Assembly: GCA_947427095.1 (NCBI GenBank)
Contig: CANEGO010000001.1
Location: 40,164-104,163 of the forward strand
DNA from: an uncultured Clostridium sp.
Lineage (GTDB): Bacteria; Bacillota_I; Bacilli_A; RF39; UBA660
Length of the DNA stretch: 64,000 nt
Direction of reading: 5' to 3'
The position numbers were made by a program, and so were the translations under genes. The number at the start of each line of letters is the position of its first letter. Position 1 is the stretch's first letter. Below the pieces are notes generated by a model. That model ran no database searches. It was not told the DNA's origin and saw only the letters and a list, made by a program, of their open reading frames with translations. This document shows, piece by piece, positions 40,963 to 50,673 of this stretch.

Positions 40963-41685
40963 TTATTTAAAGTTATTCATGTTTTCACAAATTAAATAAT
41001 CACAATATTTTTTAGCAAAAGCATACTCTTGCTTAGTTCTAATCGTCCAACCAAAGATGTTTTTCTTAAATCTTTTAAATGATATATATTTATTTGGTAA
41101 AAATTTTATATTATAAGATATGAAATTCGATCTTAAAAGAAGATCAATAAAAAACGTTTTAATGGTCATTTTATTTATACTTAAAGTTTTTTTATCCATT
41201 ACCCCTGCAATTAATAATCCTCTTTTAATACTTGGAGAATGTTTTTTAAACCAAAGCACTGAAAACGGATTAAAACTTTGCACCAAAACTTTTCCAGTAT
41301 ATCCTTTTAATGCCTTTAAAAGGATAGATTCTAACTTACCGTCAAATTTTATTACCTTAGTTTCAATTAAAATTGGTACACTACCATTTATGACGGATAA
41401 AACATCTTTAAAAAGAGGTATTTTTTCTTTCGTCCCGAGTAAATTATAATTTAATAGTTCAGCATACGTGCATAATTCAATAGCCTTATCAACACCACAC
41501 ACTCTCTTTAAATTATTATCATGAAAAACAACGATGTTACCATCATTTAAAAGATGAACATCTAATTCAATTCCATAGCCATACCTAACAGCTCTTTTAA
41601 ATGCTAAAATAGAATTTTCTGGAATCTTTTTATTAATGTCGTGGTATCCACGATGGGCATAAATATTATCTTTCACGTATATCAC
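40963..41685 (-). CDS. Glycerophosphodiester phosphodiesterase
   Basis: AHRG, PENS..AF, IELDV and VFHD motifs. Confidence 0.92.
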   Translation of the reverse strand: MIYVKDNIYAHRGYHDINKKIPENSILAFKRAVRYGYGIELDVHLLNDGNIVVFHDNNLKRVCGVDKAIELCTYAELLNYNLLGTKEKIPLFKDVLSVINGSVPILIETKVIKFDGKLESILLKALKGYTGKVLVQSFNPFSVLWFKKHSPSIKRGLLIAGVMDKKTLSINKMTIKTFFIDLLLRSNFISYNIKFLPNKYISFKRFKKNIFGWTIRTKQEYAFAKKYCDYLICENMNNFK

Positions 41686-41691
41686 CTATTA

Positions 41692-42045
41692 CTATCTTAT
41701 TAGATCAGTCCACTCTTTTTCATTAAAACCAACGTACACTTTATCATTAGTTACAAAAATAGGTCTTTTAACAAGCATTCCATTTGTAGATAGTACATCA
41801 AGCTTTTCTTCGTAAGTCATATTAGAAAGCTTATCTTTTAAATTTAAATTTTTATATACTAGGCCACTGGTATTAAAAAACGCTTTAACGTCTTTACCTG
41901 ATAATTTAACAAAGTTATCTAATTCTTCCTTAGTAGGATTATCTAACTTTATATCTCTTAATTCATATTCTATATTATTATCTTGCAAAAACTTTTCAGC
42001 TTTTTTACAAGTAGAACACTTTGAATAACAAATAAACTTATTCAT
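41692..42045 (-). CDS. ArsC/Spx-MgsR family protein
   Basis: CSTCKKA, FFNTSG and LVKRP motifs; start at ATG 42045. Confidence 0.9.
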   Translation of the reverse strand: MNKFICYSKCSTCKKAEKFLQDNNIEYELRDIKLDNPTKEELDNFVKLSGKDVKAFFNTSGLVYKNLNLKDKLSNMTYEEKLDVLSTNGMLVKRPIFVTNDKVYVGFNEKEWTDLIR

Positions 42046-42046
42046 A

Positions 42047-42724
42047 TTATATTTTCCCTTCATCAAATAATAAATCAAAACTCTTTGGTACTTTACATAT
42101 AAATTCCATTTTCCTTTTAGTCTTAGGATTAATTATGGTAAGTTCACTAGCATGAAGCATAAGTCTTTTTACATGATCTTTTTTATTACCATATTTTTTA
42201 TCACCTAATATCGGATGATTAATATCACTTAAATGTACTCTTATTTGATTTTTCCTTCCCGTTTTTATATCAATGTCAAGCATGGAATACTTTTTATTTT
42301 CTTTTACTACATTATAATTAGTTATCGCAAGTTTTCCACTTTTCTTATCACCAGAAGAATATACCATAAACGTTTTAGTTTCTTTTAAATATGACTTAAT
42401 AACATCAGTTTTTTTACTTAACACTCCATCTACAACTGCTACATATCTTCTTTTTAAAACTAAATTATCCCAATTATTTTGATAACTATATTTTACATTT
42501 TGATTTTTAGCAAGCACAACTATACCGGACGTATCTTTATCAAGCCTATGTATAATAAACACCTTAGCTTTCGGATTACTTTTTTTAACATAATCTGATA
42601 CCTCATGAAATAAAGTCTTTTCCTTTTCTTTAGGCGTTGATACAGTAAGCATTCCACTAGGCTTATTTACAACCAATATTTCTTTATCTTCATATATAAT
42701 GTCTAATTTCTTTTTTCTTTTCAT
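42047..42724 (-). CDS. RluA family pseudouridine synthase
   Basis: IHRLDKDTSG and TGRKNQIRVH motifs. Confidence 0.93.
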   Translation of the reverse strand: MKRKKKLDIIYEDKEILVVNKPSGMLTVSTPKEKEKTLFHEVSDYVKKSNPKAKVFIIHRLDKDTSGIVVLAKNQNVKYSYQNNWDNLVLKRRYVAVVDGVLSKKTDVIKSYLKETKTFMVYSSGDKKSGKLAITNYNVVKENKKYSMLDIDIKTGRKNQIRVHLSDINHPILGDKKYGNKKDHVKRLMLHASELTIINPKTKRKMEFICKVPKSFDLLFDEGKI

Positions 42725-42783
42725 GATTAACCTCATAAATATGATAACACAAAAGACGCTAGTATTAACGTCTTTTAATGCCT

Positions 42784-42978
42784 TTATATCTTATTTTTAA
42801 TTTTTATTTGTTCTTTATTTACGTTTAAATCAATATCAATATACTTTACTGACTTTGCAGCAGGTACAAATGGTATTCGTTTAATCGAAGATTTATCTAT
42901 ACTAAAAAGTTGTTTTCTTTCGAATTTTTGCTGCTCTTTTTGCAATCTTTTCATCTCAATTACACTTTGATAATTCAT
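42784..42978 (-). CDS. Small basic hypothetical protein (64 aa)
   Basis: RBS AAGGAG before ATG 42978; promoter TTGCAT-17-TAGAAT upstream and terminator downstream. Confidence 0.6.
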   Translation of the reverse strand: MNYQSVIEMKRLQKEQQKFERKQLFSIDKSSIKRIPFVPAAKSVKYIDIDLNVNKEQIKIKNKI

Positions 42979-43062
42979 AATAAAATTCTCCTTCTTCTTA
43001 AAACTTAGTTTATATTCTAACATAACATTAAAACCCATGCAACAAAAAAAGACCAATAGGTC

Positions 43063-43602
43063 TTAATAGTTTTTAGCTCTTTTTTCAAAATAGCTTTGAG
43101 GGTGCGCACATACAGGACATACTTTTGGAGCTTCCTCTCCTACGTATACATGTCCACAGTTACGGCAAATCCATACTGTTTCTTCACCCTTCTTAAACAC
43201 CAAATCATTATTAACGTTACCAAGTAAAGTCATGTATCTTTCTTCATGTTCCTTTTCTATTTTAGCAACTTCTTCAAAAAGATAAGCGATATGATCAAAT
43301 CCTTCTTCTTTAGCTTCTTTAGCAAAGCTAGCGTACATGTCAGTCCATTCGTAATTTTCACCTTCAGCTGCTGCTTTTAAGTTCTCACTAGTAGTTCCAA
43401 TTTCCCCACCATTAAGCAGTTTAAACCACATTTTAGCATGTTCTTTCTCATTATTAGCAGTCTCTTCAAAAATCCCCGCTATTTGTTCATATCCTTCCTT
43501 TTTAGCTTTGCTAGCGAAATAAGTATACTTATTTCTAGCTTGGCTTTCTCCAGCAAAAGCAGTCATTAAATTTTTTTCAGTTTTTGATCCTTTTAATTCC
43601 AT
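43063..43602 (-). CDS. rbr: Rubrerythrin
   Basis: [12 protein letters not shown], two ExxH motifs and CRNCG...CPVC rubredoxin domain. Confidence 0.96.
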   Translation of the reverse strand: MELKGSKTEKNLMTAFAGESQARNKYTYFASKAKKEGYEQIAGIFEETANNEKEHAKMWFKLLNGGEIGTTSENLKAAAEGENYEWTDMYASFAKEAKEEGFDHIAYLFEEVAKIEKEHEERYMTLLGNVNNDLVFKKGEETVWICRNCGHVYVGEEAPKVCPVCAHPQSYFEKRAKNY

Positions 43603-43604
43603 AA

Positions 43605-43985
43605 TTAATTTCCTTTCATACATTCTTCACAAATTCCATTTATATTAAAATTACAACTTGTAATTTTAAAACCTGTTTCGTTTTCTACTTTTTTCATTTT
43701 ACTTTCATCAAGTAATAAATTAACATCACATACCTTACCGCATTTTAGACATATAACGTGATTATGATCATGTAACGTTTTATCAAACCTATCATTACCA
43801 TCTAAAGCTGATAACCTTCTTATTTTTCCTTCCAAAGTAAGGGCGTTTAAATTTCTATAAACAGTTCCTAAACTTATGTTTGGAATTTTCTTTTTAACAA
43901 GGTTATAAATTTCTTTAGCATCAGGATGATTACAAGATTCTAGTACTATTTTTAAGACTTCATCCTTTTGTTTTGAATATCGCAT
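43605..43985 (-). CDS. perR: Fur family regulator (PerR-like)
   Basis: [17 protein letters not shown] and C..C motifs; directly upstream of rubrerythrin. Confidence 0.85.
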   Translation of the reverse strand: MRYSKQKDEVLKIVLESCNHPDAKEIYNLVKKKIPNISLGTVYRNLNALTLEGKIRRLSALDGNDRFDKTLHDHNHVICLKCGKVCDVNLLLDESKMKKVENETGFKITSCNFNINGICEECMKGN

Positions 43986-43998
43986 ATTAACTCCTAAA

Positions 43999-44046
43999 TA
44001 GTAATAATTACTACTTAAGTATATTTTAAATAGCAGAAATTGTCAA
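43999..44046 (-). promoter_or_regulatory. perR-rbr promoter with Per-box-like operator
   Basis: TTGACA-17-TATACT (44018-44046) and a perfect 7-1-7 repeat TAGTAAT-A-ATTACTA (43999-44013) just downstream. Confidence 0.8.
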
Positions 44047-44049
44047 TAT

Positions 44050-45165
44050 TTATTTACTACTTTTCTTTTTAATTCTATCGTTTACGTATTCACCAAAAAG
44101 ACTATATAAAATTGATGCCAATGGGATACTTATTATCATTCCTATAAAACCAAAAATACTACCACCAATAAGTACCGCAACAAGCGCCCATAATGCTGGC
44201 AACCCAACAGAACCTCCCACGATTCTAGGATAAGTAAAGTTATCATCAAATTGTTGTAGTACAAAGAATACTATCACGTACCATAAAGCTCCCATAGGAT
44301 TTGTAACGCCAATTAACACGACTCCAATAAGTAAGGTAATAAACGCTCCAACGTAAGGAATAAGTGCAGTTATGGCAAATAACACACCTAAAATTAAAGC
44401 ATATGGTAATTTAATTATACTTAAAATTATAAATAGTAAAAAACCAATTAAACTAGCATCTAAGCACTGACCAGTTAAAAAACTAGTAAAAGTTGTATTG
44501 GCTAATTTAACAATTCTAACCACTTTATTAGTAACATCACCGTTGAAAAATGCGTTTAAAACTTTCTTTGTCTGTCTAGATAAATTTTCCTTATCAAGAA
44601 GTATATAAATCGATATAATAAAACCAATAAAGAAAGTTATTAACCTTGATATCATGGTTGATAAAAATCCTGCTAACGCCGAAACAATGTTGCCAGCTTG
44701 ATTTACAGATGTATCTATTATACTTTTTACATCAATGTTATTTAAATATCCTTTTATATCCGGATACAAATTATTTATTTTGTTAATGATATCGTTTATA
44801 AAGTCATAGCTTTTTGGAACACTCTTACTTATGTTAATAATCGCTTCAATAAACTCTGGTATAACCAAAAATAGTATAAGTCCGATTATTCCAAAAATTA
44901 GAATAATTGATAAAATAAGTGATATAACCCTTATAATTTTTTTATGTTTTCTTTTTTCTATTTTAAATATTTTTCTTTCAATTTGTTTCATTGGCACGTT
45001 TATTATAAACGCTATTGCAATACCTACGATTAACGGCATTAAAAGTTTAATTAAAAAACTTATTAAATCAATAAATATTTTATAATTAAAAACAATCCAA
45101 AGCATAAGTGCCGCAAAAGAAATTAAAAGCATTATTTGTTTTGTATTTTTCTTGTTTAAATTCAT
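44050..45165 (-). CDS. AI-2E family transporter
   Basis: Multi-TM protein with LIPYVG, QQ.D.N..YPRIVG and G..GM...IP motifs. Confidence 0.92.
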   Translation of the reverse strand: MNLNKKNTKQIMLLISFAALMLWIVFNYKIFIDLISFLIKLLMPLIVGIAIAFIINVPMKQIERKIFKIEKRKHKKIIRVISLILSIILIFGIIGLILFLVIPEFIEAIINISKSVPKSYDFINDIINKINNLYPDIKGYLNNIDVKSIIDTSVNQAGNIVSALAGFLSTMISRLITFFIGFIISIYILLDKENLSRQTKKVLNAFFNGDVTNKVVRIVKLANTTFTSFLTGQCLDASLIGFLLFIILSIIKLPYALILGVLFAITALIPYVGAFITLLIGVVLIGVTNPMGALWYVIVFFVLQQFDDNFTYPRIVGGSVGLPALWALVAVLIGGSIFGFIGMIISIPLASILYSLFGEYVNDRIKKKSSK

Positions 45166-45192
45166 TTTTTACCTCCATCTCTTATAAAATAA

Positions 45193-46134
45193 TTATAGCA
45201 TGTTTTTTCTTTTTAGTATAATAGCAATTATAATAGATAACACAAAAGAAAAAATTATTATTAATACAAAACTTATACCTGAATCTCCAAGCCTTCCTAG
45301 TGGTACGTTCATGCCTATAAACGAAGCAACCATGGTTGGAATTGAAAACACTATTGTAATACCCGCTAAAAATTTCATAACGTCATTTAGATTATTTGAA
45401 ATTATCGTTGCATAAGTATCTGTCATACTAGTTAATATTTCACGGTATATGTTAGCCATTTCTATAGCTTGTTTATTTTCTATAATTGCATCTTCCATTA
45501 AATCCTTATCTTCATCATAAAGAGTTATAACATTACCCTTAGATAGCTTTTCTAAAACAACATCATTAGCTTTTAAAGAGGTAGAAAAATAAACAAGTGT
45601 TTTTTCAATATTAAGTAAGTCAATTAATTCTTTATTATTCGTTGATTTATAAAGAGTCTTTTCTTTTTTATTAATGTAATTATTAATGGAGGTTAACTCC
45701 TTTTGATATACCGCTGCAGTTTTAAGTAATATTTGAATAACAAATTTTGTCTTCTTTTTTATATCAAAATTTTTTACTTTATTATTTTTAAAATCATCTA
45801 ATAAAGCTTGTTTTTTTAATGATACAGTTATAAAATACCCATCGTTATTAATTATAATTCCTAAAGGATCAGTATTGTACTTATGCTTATACCTAGTATC
45901 AGTTATGTATGGCGTATCAACTACTATTAAACTAGCGTTATCTCCGACTTCTATTCTAGGCAGTTCCTCATCATCAGTAAGTTTCATAAGTAAATCCAAG
46001 TCCGTATTAGTTTTTAAAGAAATTTCTTTTATTTCATCATTAGTTGGATTAATAATATCAATCCAGCAGCCCTTTTGTAAGTTTTTAAGTTCTTTAAACT
46101 TTTTATTAGTATCAGTTGTATATATGTTTATCAT
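45193..46134 (-). CDS. corA: CorA family magnesium transporter
   Basis: GMN signature and two C-terminal TM helices. Confidence 0.92.
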   Translation of the reverse strand: MINIYTTDTNKKFKELKNLQKGCWIDIINPTNDEIKEISLKTNTDLDLLMKLTDDEELPRIEVGDNASLIVVDTPYITDTRYKHKYNTDPLGIIINNDGYFITVSLKKQALLDDFKNNKVKNFDIKKKTKFVIQILLKTAAVYQKELTSINNYINKKEKTLYKSTNNKELIDLLNIEKTLVYFSTSLKANDVVLEKLSKGNVITLYDEDKDLMEDAIIENKQAIEMANIYREILTSMTDTYATIISNNLNDVMKFLAGITIVFSIPTMVASFIGMNVPLGRLGDSGISFVLIIIFSFVLSIIIAIILKRKNML

Positions 46135-46144
46135 TTTATCACTC

Positions 46145-46732
46145 CTATCTTAACGGGTGTTTATAGATTTTTGTTTTAGAAACAACCTTATATTTATTTT
46201 CAGAGTTTTCCCTAAATTTTCTTCTTTCTTCCTGAGGCATATCATAAACTTTATCCGCTATATCGATATGAAGTATTCCAAATAAATGGTCATATTCATG
46301 AGAAAATACAGTTGCTTTAAACCCTTCAAAAGTTTCTTCTTTTTCATTAAAATCTTTATCTTGGTACCTTACCTTTATGCTATAAGGTCTTTTAACAAGA
46401 CCCATGTTATCCATGCAACTTGCACAAGCTTCCCAATAATATGTTTCACCTTTTTCTTCTATTATTTTAGGATTTATCATAACTATTTTTTTGTCTTCAA
46501 AATCATTTTCTTTTGAAGCTTCATATTCATCCGTTTTCATTATGTATATTATTTTTTTGGGAATACCAATTTGAACGGAAGCAAGTGCTATCATGTTTCC
46601 ATCACTTCTACAATAATTAGCTATTTTCTTAATATCGCTTTCTAACTCAGGGTCATCTTTTTCAACTTCTTTTGATACTTGTCTTAAATATGCTTCATCA
46701 TTTTCAATTGTTCTTAATCTATATTTATCCAT
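46145..46732 (-). CDS. def: Peptide deformylase-like protein (non-canonical motifs)
   Basis: ALASVQIG, MINP.I, EACAS and HEYDHL.G motifs. Confidence 0.8.
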   Translation of the reverse strand: MDKYRLRTIENDEAYLRQVSKEVEKDDPELESDIKKIANYCRSDGNMIALASVQIGIPKKIIYIMKTDEYEASKENDFEDKKIVMINPKIIEEKGETYYWEACASCMDNMGLVKRPYSIKVRYQDKDFNEKEETFEGFKATVFSHEYDHLFGILHIDIADKVYDMPQEERRKFRENSENKYKVVSKTKIYKHPLR

Positions 46733-46743
46733 AACGTTATCTC

Positions 46744-47277
46744 CTATATGTCATATTCGTATACTTCACCATTTTTAGGGCTAAAACTTAAAAACTCTGT
46801 TTTTCCATCATAACCTATTATATTAAAATGAAGTGCTCTAATTGTTGCGGAGTGACTGACTATCAAAATGGTTTTATCACTGTATTTAAGTTTTAATTTA
46901 TCTAAAAACTCTTTCGTCCTATCAAGTAATTGTCTAATTCCTTCAACACCATTTTCACATGAATTTTTTTCATAATCATAATAATCGAATTTTTTATACA
47001 AGTCATGGCTTTTTCCTTCTAAAGAGCCTAGCCCACGTTCTAATAATAAATCATCATAAATAATACCACATCTACCATCAATAATAATTTCTGCCGTTTG
47101 AGAAGTTCTTTTAAGAGGGGAAGAAAAACATACATCAAAGTTAACATCTTTTAATTTTTCATGGGCTAAAAGGGCTTGTTTTTCGCCAGTTTTATTAAGA
47201 GGAATGTTACTTGCTCCTTGCATTAATCCCTTATCATTCCAATCGGTTCTACCATGCCTTACCATGTATATTTTCAT
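46744..47277 (-). CDS. Histidine phosphatase family protein
   Basis: RHG.T.WN, SSPLKR and VSH motifs. Confidence 0.9.
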   Translation of the reverse strand: MKIYMVRHGRTDWNDKGLMQGASNIPLNKTGEKQALLAHEKLKDVNFDVCFSSPLKRTSQTAEIIIDGRCGIIYDDLLLERGLGSLEGKSHDLYKKFDYYDYEKNSCENGVEGIRQLLDRTKEFLDKLKLKYSDKTILIVSHSATIRALHFNIIGYDGKTEFLSFSPKNGEVYEYDI

Positions 47278-48229
47278 TATAATCCTCCTTTAGAATATTA
47301 ATGTATTTAGTCTTTTCCTCTAAAGGCATAAAGGAAGCTTTAACCGCATTAACATTCATGTTAAAAAAATCTTTACTAGTAAAGCCAAAACTTGATTTTA
47401 ATCTTTTATACTCACTAGATAAAGTAACGTTTGAAACGGTTCTGTCATCCGTATTTATAGTAACTTTAATACCTTTATCAAAGAGTTTTTTTATTGGATG
47501 TTTTTCATACGATAAAACAGCTTTGGTATCAACGTTACTAGTAGGACAAACTTCAAGTGTAATATCATTTTTTATAATGCTATTTATAATGTCATCATTT
47601 TCTATTGTTTTTATTCCATGTCCTATTCTTTTAGCTCTGAAATTAATAGCATCTGCAACACTTAAAGCTCCATCAGCTTCTCCCGCATGAATCGTAAATG
47701 GTATGTTTTTTTTATTTGCTATATCAAATAAATCTTTATAATCTCTAGTTTTATACCTTGCCTCATCACCCGCTAGATCAATAGCTACTACTCCTTTATT
47801 CAAATACTTTTTAGCCACTTCAATGATTTTTAAATTATCATCATAAGATGCACCCCGCATCATACATAAAATAAAGTTTATTTTAATTTCATTTATACTT
47901 TTTACACCATCTATAACAGATTCAACCACTTCATCAAGTGTTAGTCCTTCTTTAGTATGAAAATTAGGAGCAAACCTAACTTCTGCATAAATAATATCAT
48001 CGTTTTTTAAATCTTCTGCAAGTTCATAAGATACTCTTTTTAAATTTTCTTTTGTTTGCATTATTTTTATTGGCAAATCAAACTTAGTTAAGTACTCTTC
48101 TAAATCTTTATTATCTTTTTTAACAATCATTTTTTCCTTAACCTCTTCTAAAGGCATATTAAGTAAATTAGATACCGTATTTGGCCTTATACTACCATCT
48201 AAATGAACATGTAATTCTATTTTTTTCAT
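47249..48229 (-). CDS. add: Adenosine deaminase
   Basis: ELHVHLDGS, HAGE, RIGHG, EVCPTSN and NTDD motifs. Confidence 0.93.
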   Translation of the reverse strand: MKKIELHVHLDGSIRPNTVSNLLNMPLEEVKEKMIVKKDNKDLEEYLTKFDLPIKIMQTKENLKRVSYELAEDLKNDDIIYAEVRFAPNFHTKEGLTLDEVVESVIDGVKSINEIKINFILCMMRGASYDDNLKIIEVAKKYLNKGVVAIDLAGDEARYKTRDYKDLFDIANKKNIPFTIHAGEADGALSVADAINFRAKRIGHGIKTIENDDIINSIIKNDITLEVCPTSNVDTKAVLSYEKHPIKKLFDKGIKVTINTDDRTVSNVTLSSEYKRLKSSFGFTSKDFFNMNVNAVKASFMPLEEKTKYINILKEDYNENIHGKAW

Positions 48230-48303
48230 ACCATCACTATCCTTGTTTTAATTATAACGCAAAGTACTTATTTTTTAAAGAAAAAAGATAGCTTCACACT
48301 ATC

Positions 48304-50673
48304 TTAATTCTTAAATTGAGAGTTATAAAGTTCTGCATAAAAACCATTTTGCTTCATTAATTCTTTATGGTTTCCTTGCTCTATTATGTTACCCTCTTTC
48401 ATTACTAATATTAAATCAGCGTTTTTTATTGTGGATAATCTATGGGCAATGATAAATGAAGTTCTTCCCTTAGTTAATTTATCCATTGCTTTTTGAACAA
48501 GTTCTTCTGTTCTTGTATCAACAGAAGATGTTGCTTCATCCAAAATAAGGAATGGAGCGTCTTTTATCATACCACGAGCAATCGTAAGTAATTGTTTTTG
48601 ACCAGCAGATACTGAATCGCTATCTTTAACAACATAATCTAAAACTCCTGGAAGTGATTTTACAAAGTGATCTACACCAACTGTTTCTAACGCTTCCATG
48701 ATTTTTTTATCACTTACGTTCTTAGTGTTATAGCAAACGTTATCACGGATAGTTCCGTCAAATAACCAAGTATCTTGAAGTACCATGATAAATAAATCAT
48801 GAATGTTTTCTCTAGTTAATTCCTTAGTTGAAACACCATCAATTAGTATTTCTCCATCGTTTATGTTATAAAACTTCATAAGTAAGTTAACCATGGTTGT
48901 TTTACCTGCACCAGTAGGTCCTACTATTGCTATTTTCTGTCCTGGTTTAACCTTACAATTAAAGTCTTTAATGATTACTTTATTCTTTTCATAACCAAAC
49001 TTAACGTGGTTAAAGCAGATGTTCCCTTTAACCTTTTTAGGATTTAATTTCTTTGTTAAATGACTTTCATCTTCCATCTCAGGTTCTTCAACAAACTCAA
49101 AGACACGCTCTGCTGCAGCAGCCGTAGACTGAATACTTGTCATTCCTTGTGCAATCTCAGAAAGTGGAGATGTAAATAATCTTACGTATAACATAAATGC
49201 TACTATTACACCAAAAGTAATGTGTCCGTTTATTACAAGAAGGGCACCCACAACACATACTGAGACGTATCCAAAGTTACCAATAAAGTTCATCATTGAT
49301 GGCATAAGCCCAGATAAAAACTGACTCATACGGTTACAAACAAATACGTTATCATTTAACTTATCAAATGTTTTTGAAGCGTCATAGCCTCCGTTATATG
49401 CTTTAACTACGTTATGGTTAGTATATATCTCTTCAATGTGACCGTTTAACTTACCAAGTTCTACTTGTCTTGCTAAGAAATATTTTTGAGATTTACCTAA
49501 TACTACGGCCATAAACATGAATCCAAATAATGATGATACAATTGCTGTTATTGCCATAACCCAATTTGTTACGAACATCATAATAACGCATCCTACAAAT
49601 AAAGCTACCGCACCAACAAGTGATCCTAAACTTTGAGATAGGTTAACACCTATTGTATCTACGTCGTTTGTAACACGCGATAATATATCACCAACCAAAT
49701 GCGTATCAAAGTATTTTAATGCTAGTTTATTTATCTTAATTGATATTTTAGTTCTTAAGTTTTTAGCAAACTTATTAGACATTATTGCCATTAAAAAGCT
49801 TTCTAAGAAACTAAATAACGCACTAAGTAAATAAATGGTAACTAAGAATATTACTATGTTTTTAATAGCGGTACTATCTAGTTTTGGCTTAATTAAATTA
49901 CCAATACTATCTGGAAGTTCATCTACTGCCTTATAAATTGTCTTAGCAGAAGAATCTTTATCTATCTTACTCATCTTAGTTAAAAACTTAACTTTTTCTC
50001 TAGTAGTAATTAACGTACCTTCTACGCGGCTTTCAGGAAGCAAAATGTCTTGAATAGATTCTGGCATATTAGATAGTGCCTTTATCATCTCGTTTTGATC
50101 TTCGGTATTTAAATTACTAATTACTTCTATGTATTCTACCTTGTCTTGCGATGATACGTTTACGTTATCTATCATGCTATCTGGTAAGATAACGTTTGTA
50201 ATACTTACTGGAAGCTTTGTTACTTCACTCATCATGTTATCTTTATTTACGTTTTTTATGAAGTTATTAAATAGCACTTTATCTTCCCCTGATATATCAC
50301 TAGATGCATTTATCATCATTATGGTGTTATCATCTAACTTAACGTTCATAACTTCTAAGCTTACTTTCTTAAAGTTTTCTTCAGATAACGTTTCTTTTAT
50401 ATCATCCGTTATACTAGTTAATTTTTCTTTATTTAAAACTAATCCTTTTGATAACTCATCGGTTAAATCACTTAGTTTATTAGGGCCTATTATTGAAAGC
50501 ACACTTGATGCTGCCGCTAGGACTAATGCTATTATTAAAACAGGCATAAAAGGTTTTAAATATTTAACCATCTTTTTTAAAGTTAGTGATAAGTTCTTTG
50601 GTTTTTCGCCTGCGTTGCCACCAGGGCCATGACCTCTTCTTGGAGCACTTGTTTTCTTTTCTTCATTACTCAT
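48304..50673 (-). CDS. Heterodimeric ABC exporter subunit with large inserted loop
   Basis: TMD plus NBD (GPTGAGKT, LDEATS) and an insertion of about 190 aa after TM1. Confidence 0.92.
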   Translation of the reverse strand: MSNEEKKTSAPRRGHGPGGNAGEKPKNLSLTLKKMVKYLKPFMPVLIIALVLAAASSVLSIIGPNKLSDLTDELSKGLVLNKEKLTSITDDIKETLSEENFKKVSLEVMNVKLDDNTIMMINASSDISGEDKVLFNNFIKNVNKDNMMSEVTKLPVSITNVILPDSMIDNVNVSSQDKVEYIEVISNLNTEDQNEMIKALSNMPESIQDILLPESRVEGTLITTREKVKFLTKMSKIDKDSSAKTIYKAVDELPDSIGNLIKPKLDSTAIKNIVIFLVTIYLLSALFSFLESFLMAIMSNKFAKNLRTKISIKINKLALKYFDTHLVGDILSRVTNDVDTIGVNLSQSLGSLVGAVALFVGCVIMMFVTNWVMAITAIVSSLFGFMFMAVVLGKSQKYFLARQVELGKLNGHIEEIYTNHNVVKAYNGGYDASKTFDKLNDNVFVCNRMSQFLSGLMPSMMNFIGNFGYVSVCVVGALLVINGHITFGVIVAFMLYVRLFTSPLSEIAQGMTSIQSTAAAAERVFEFVEEPEMEDESHLTKKLNPKKVKGNICFNHVKFGYEKNKVIIKDFNCKVKPGQKIAIVGPTGAGKTTMVNLLMKFYNINDGEILIDGVSTKELTRENIHDLFIMVLQDTWLFDGTIRDNVCYNTKNVSDKKIMEALETVGVDHFVKSLPGVLDYVVKDSDSVSAGQKQLLTIARGMIKDAPFLILDEATSSVDTRTEELVQKAMDKLTKGRTSFIIAHRLSTIKNADLILVMKEGNIIEQGNHKELMKQNGFYAELYNSQFKN

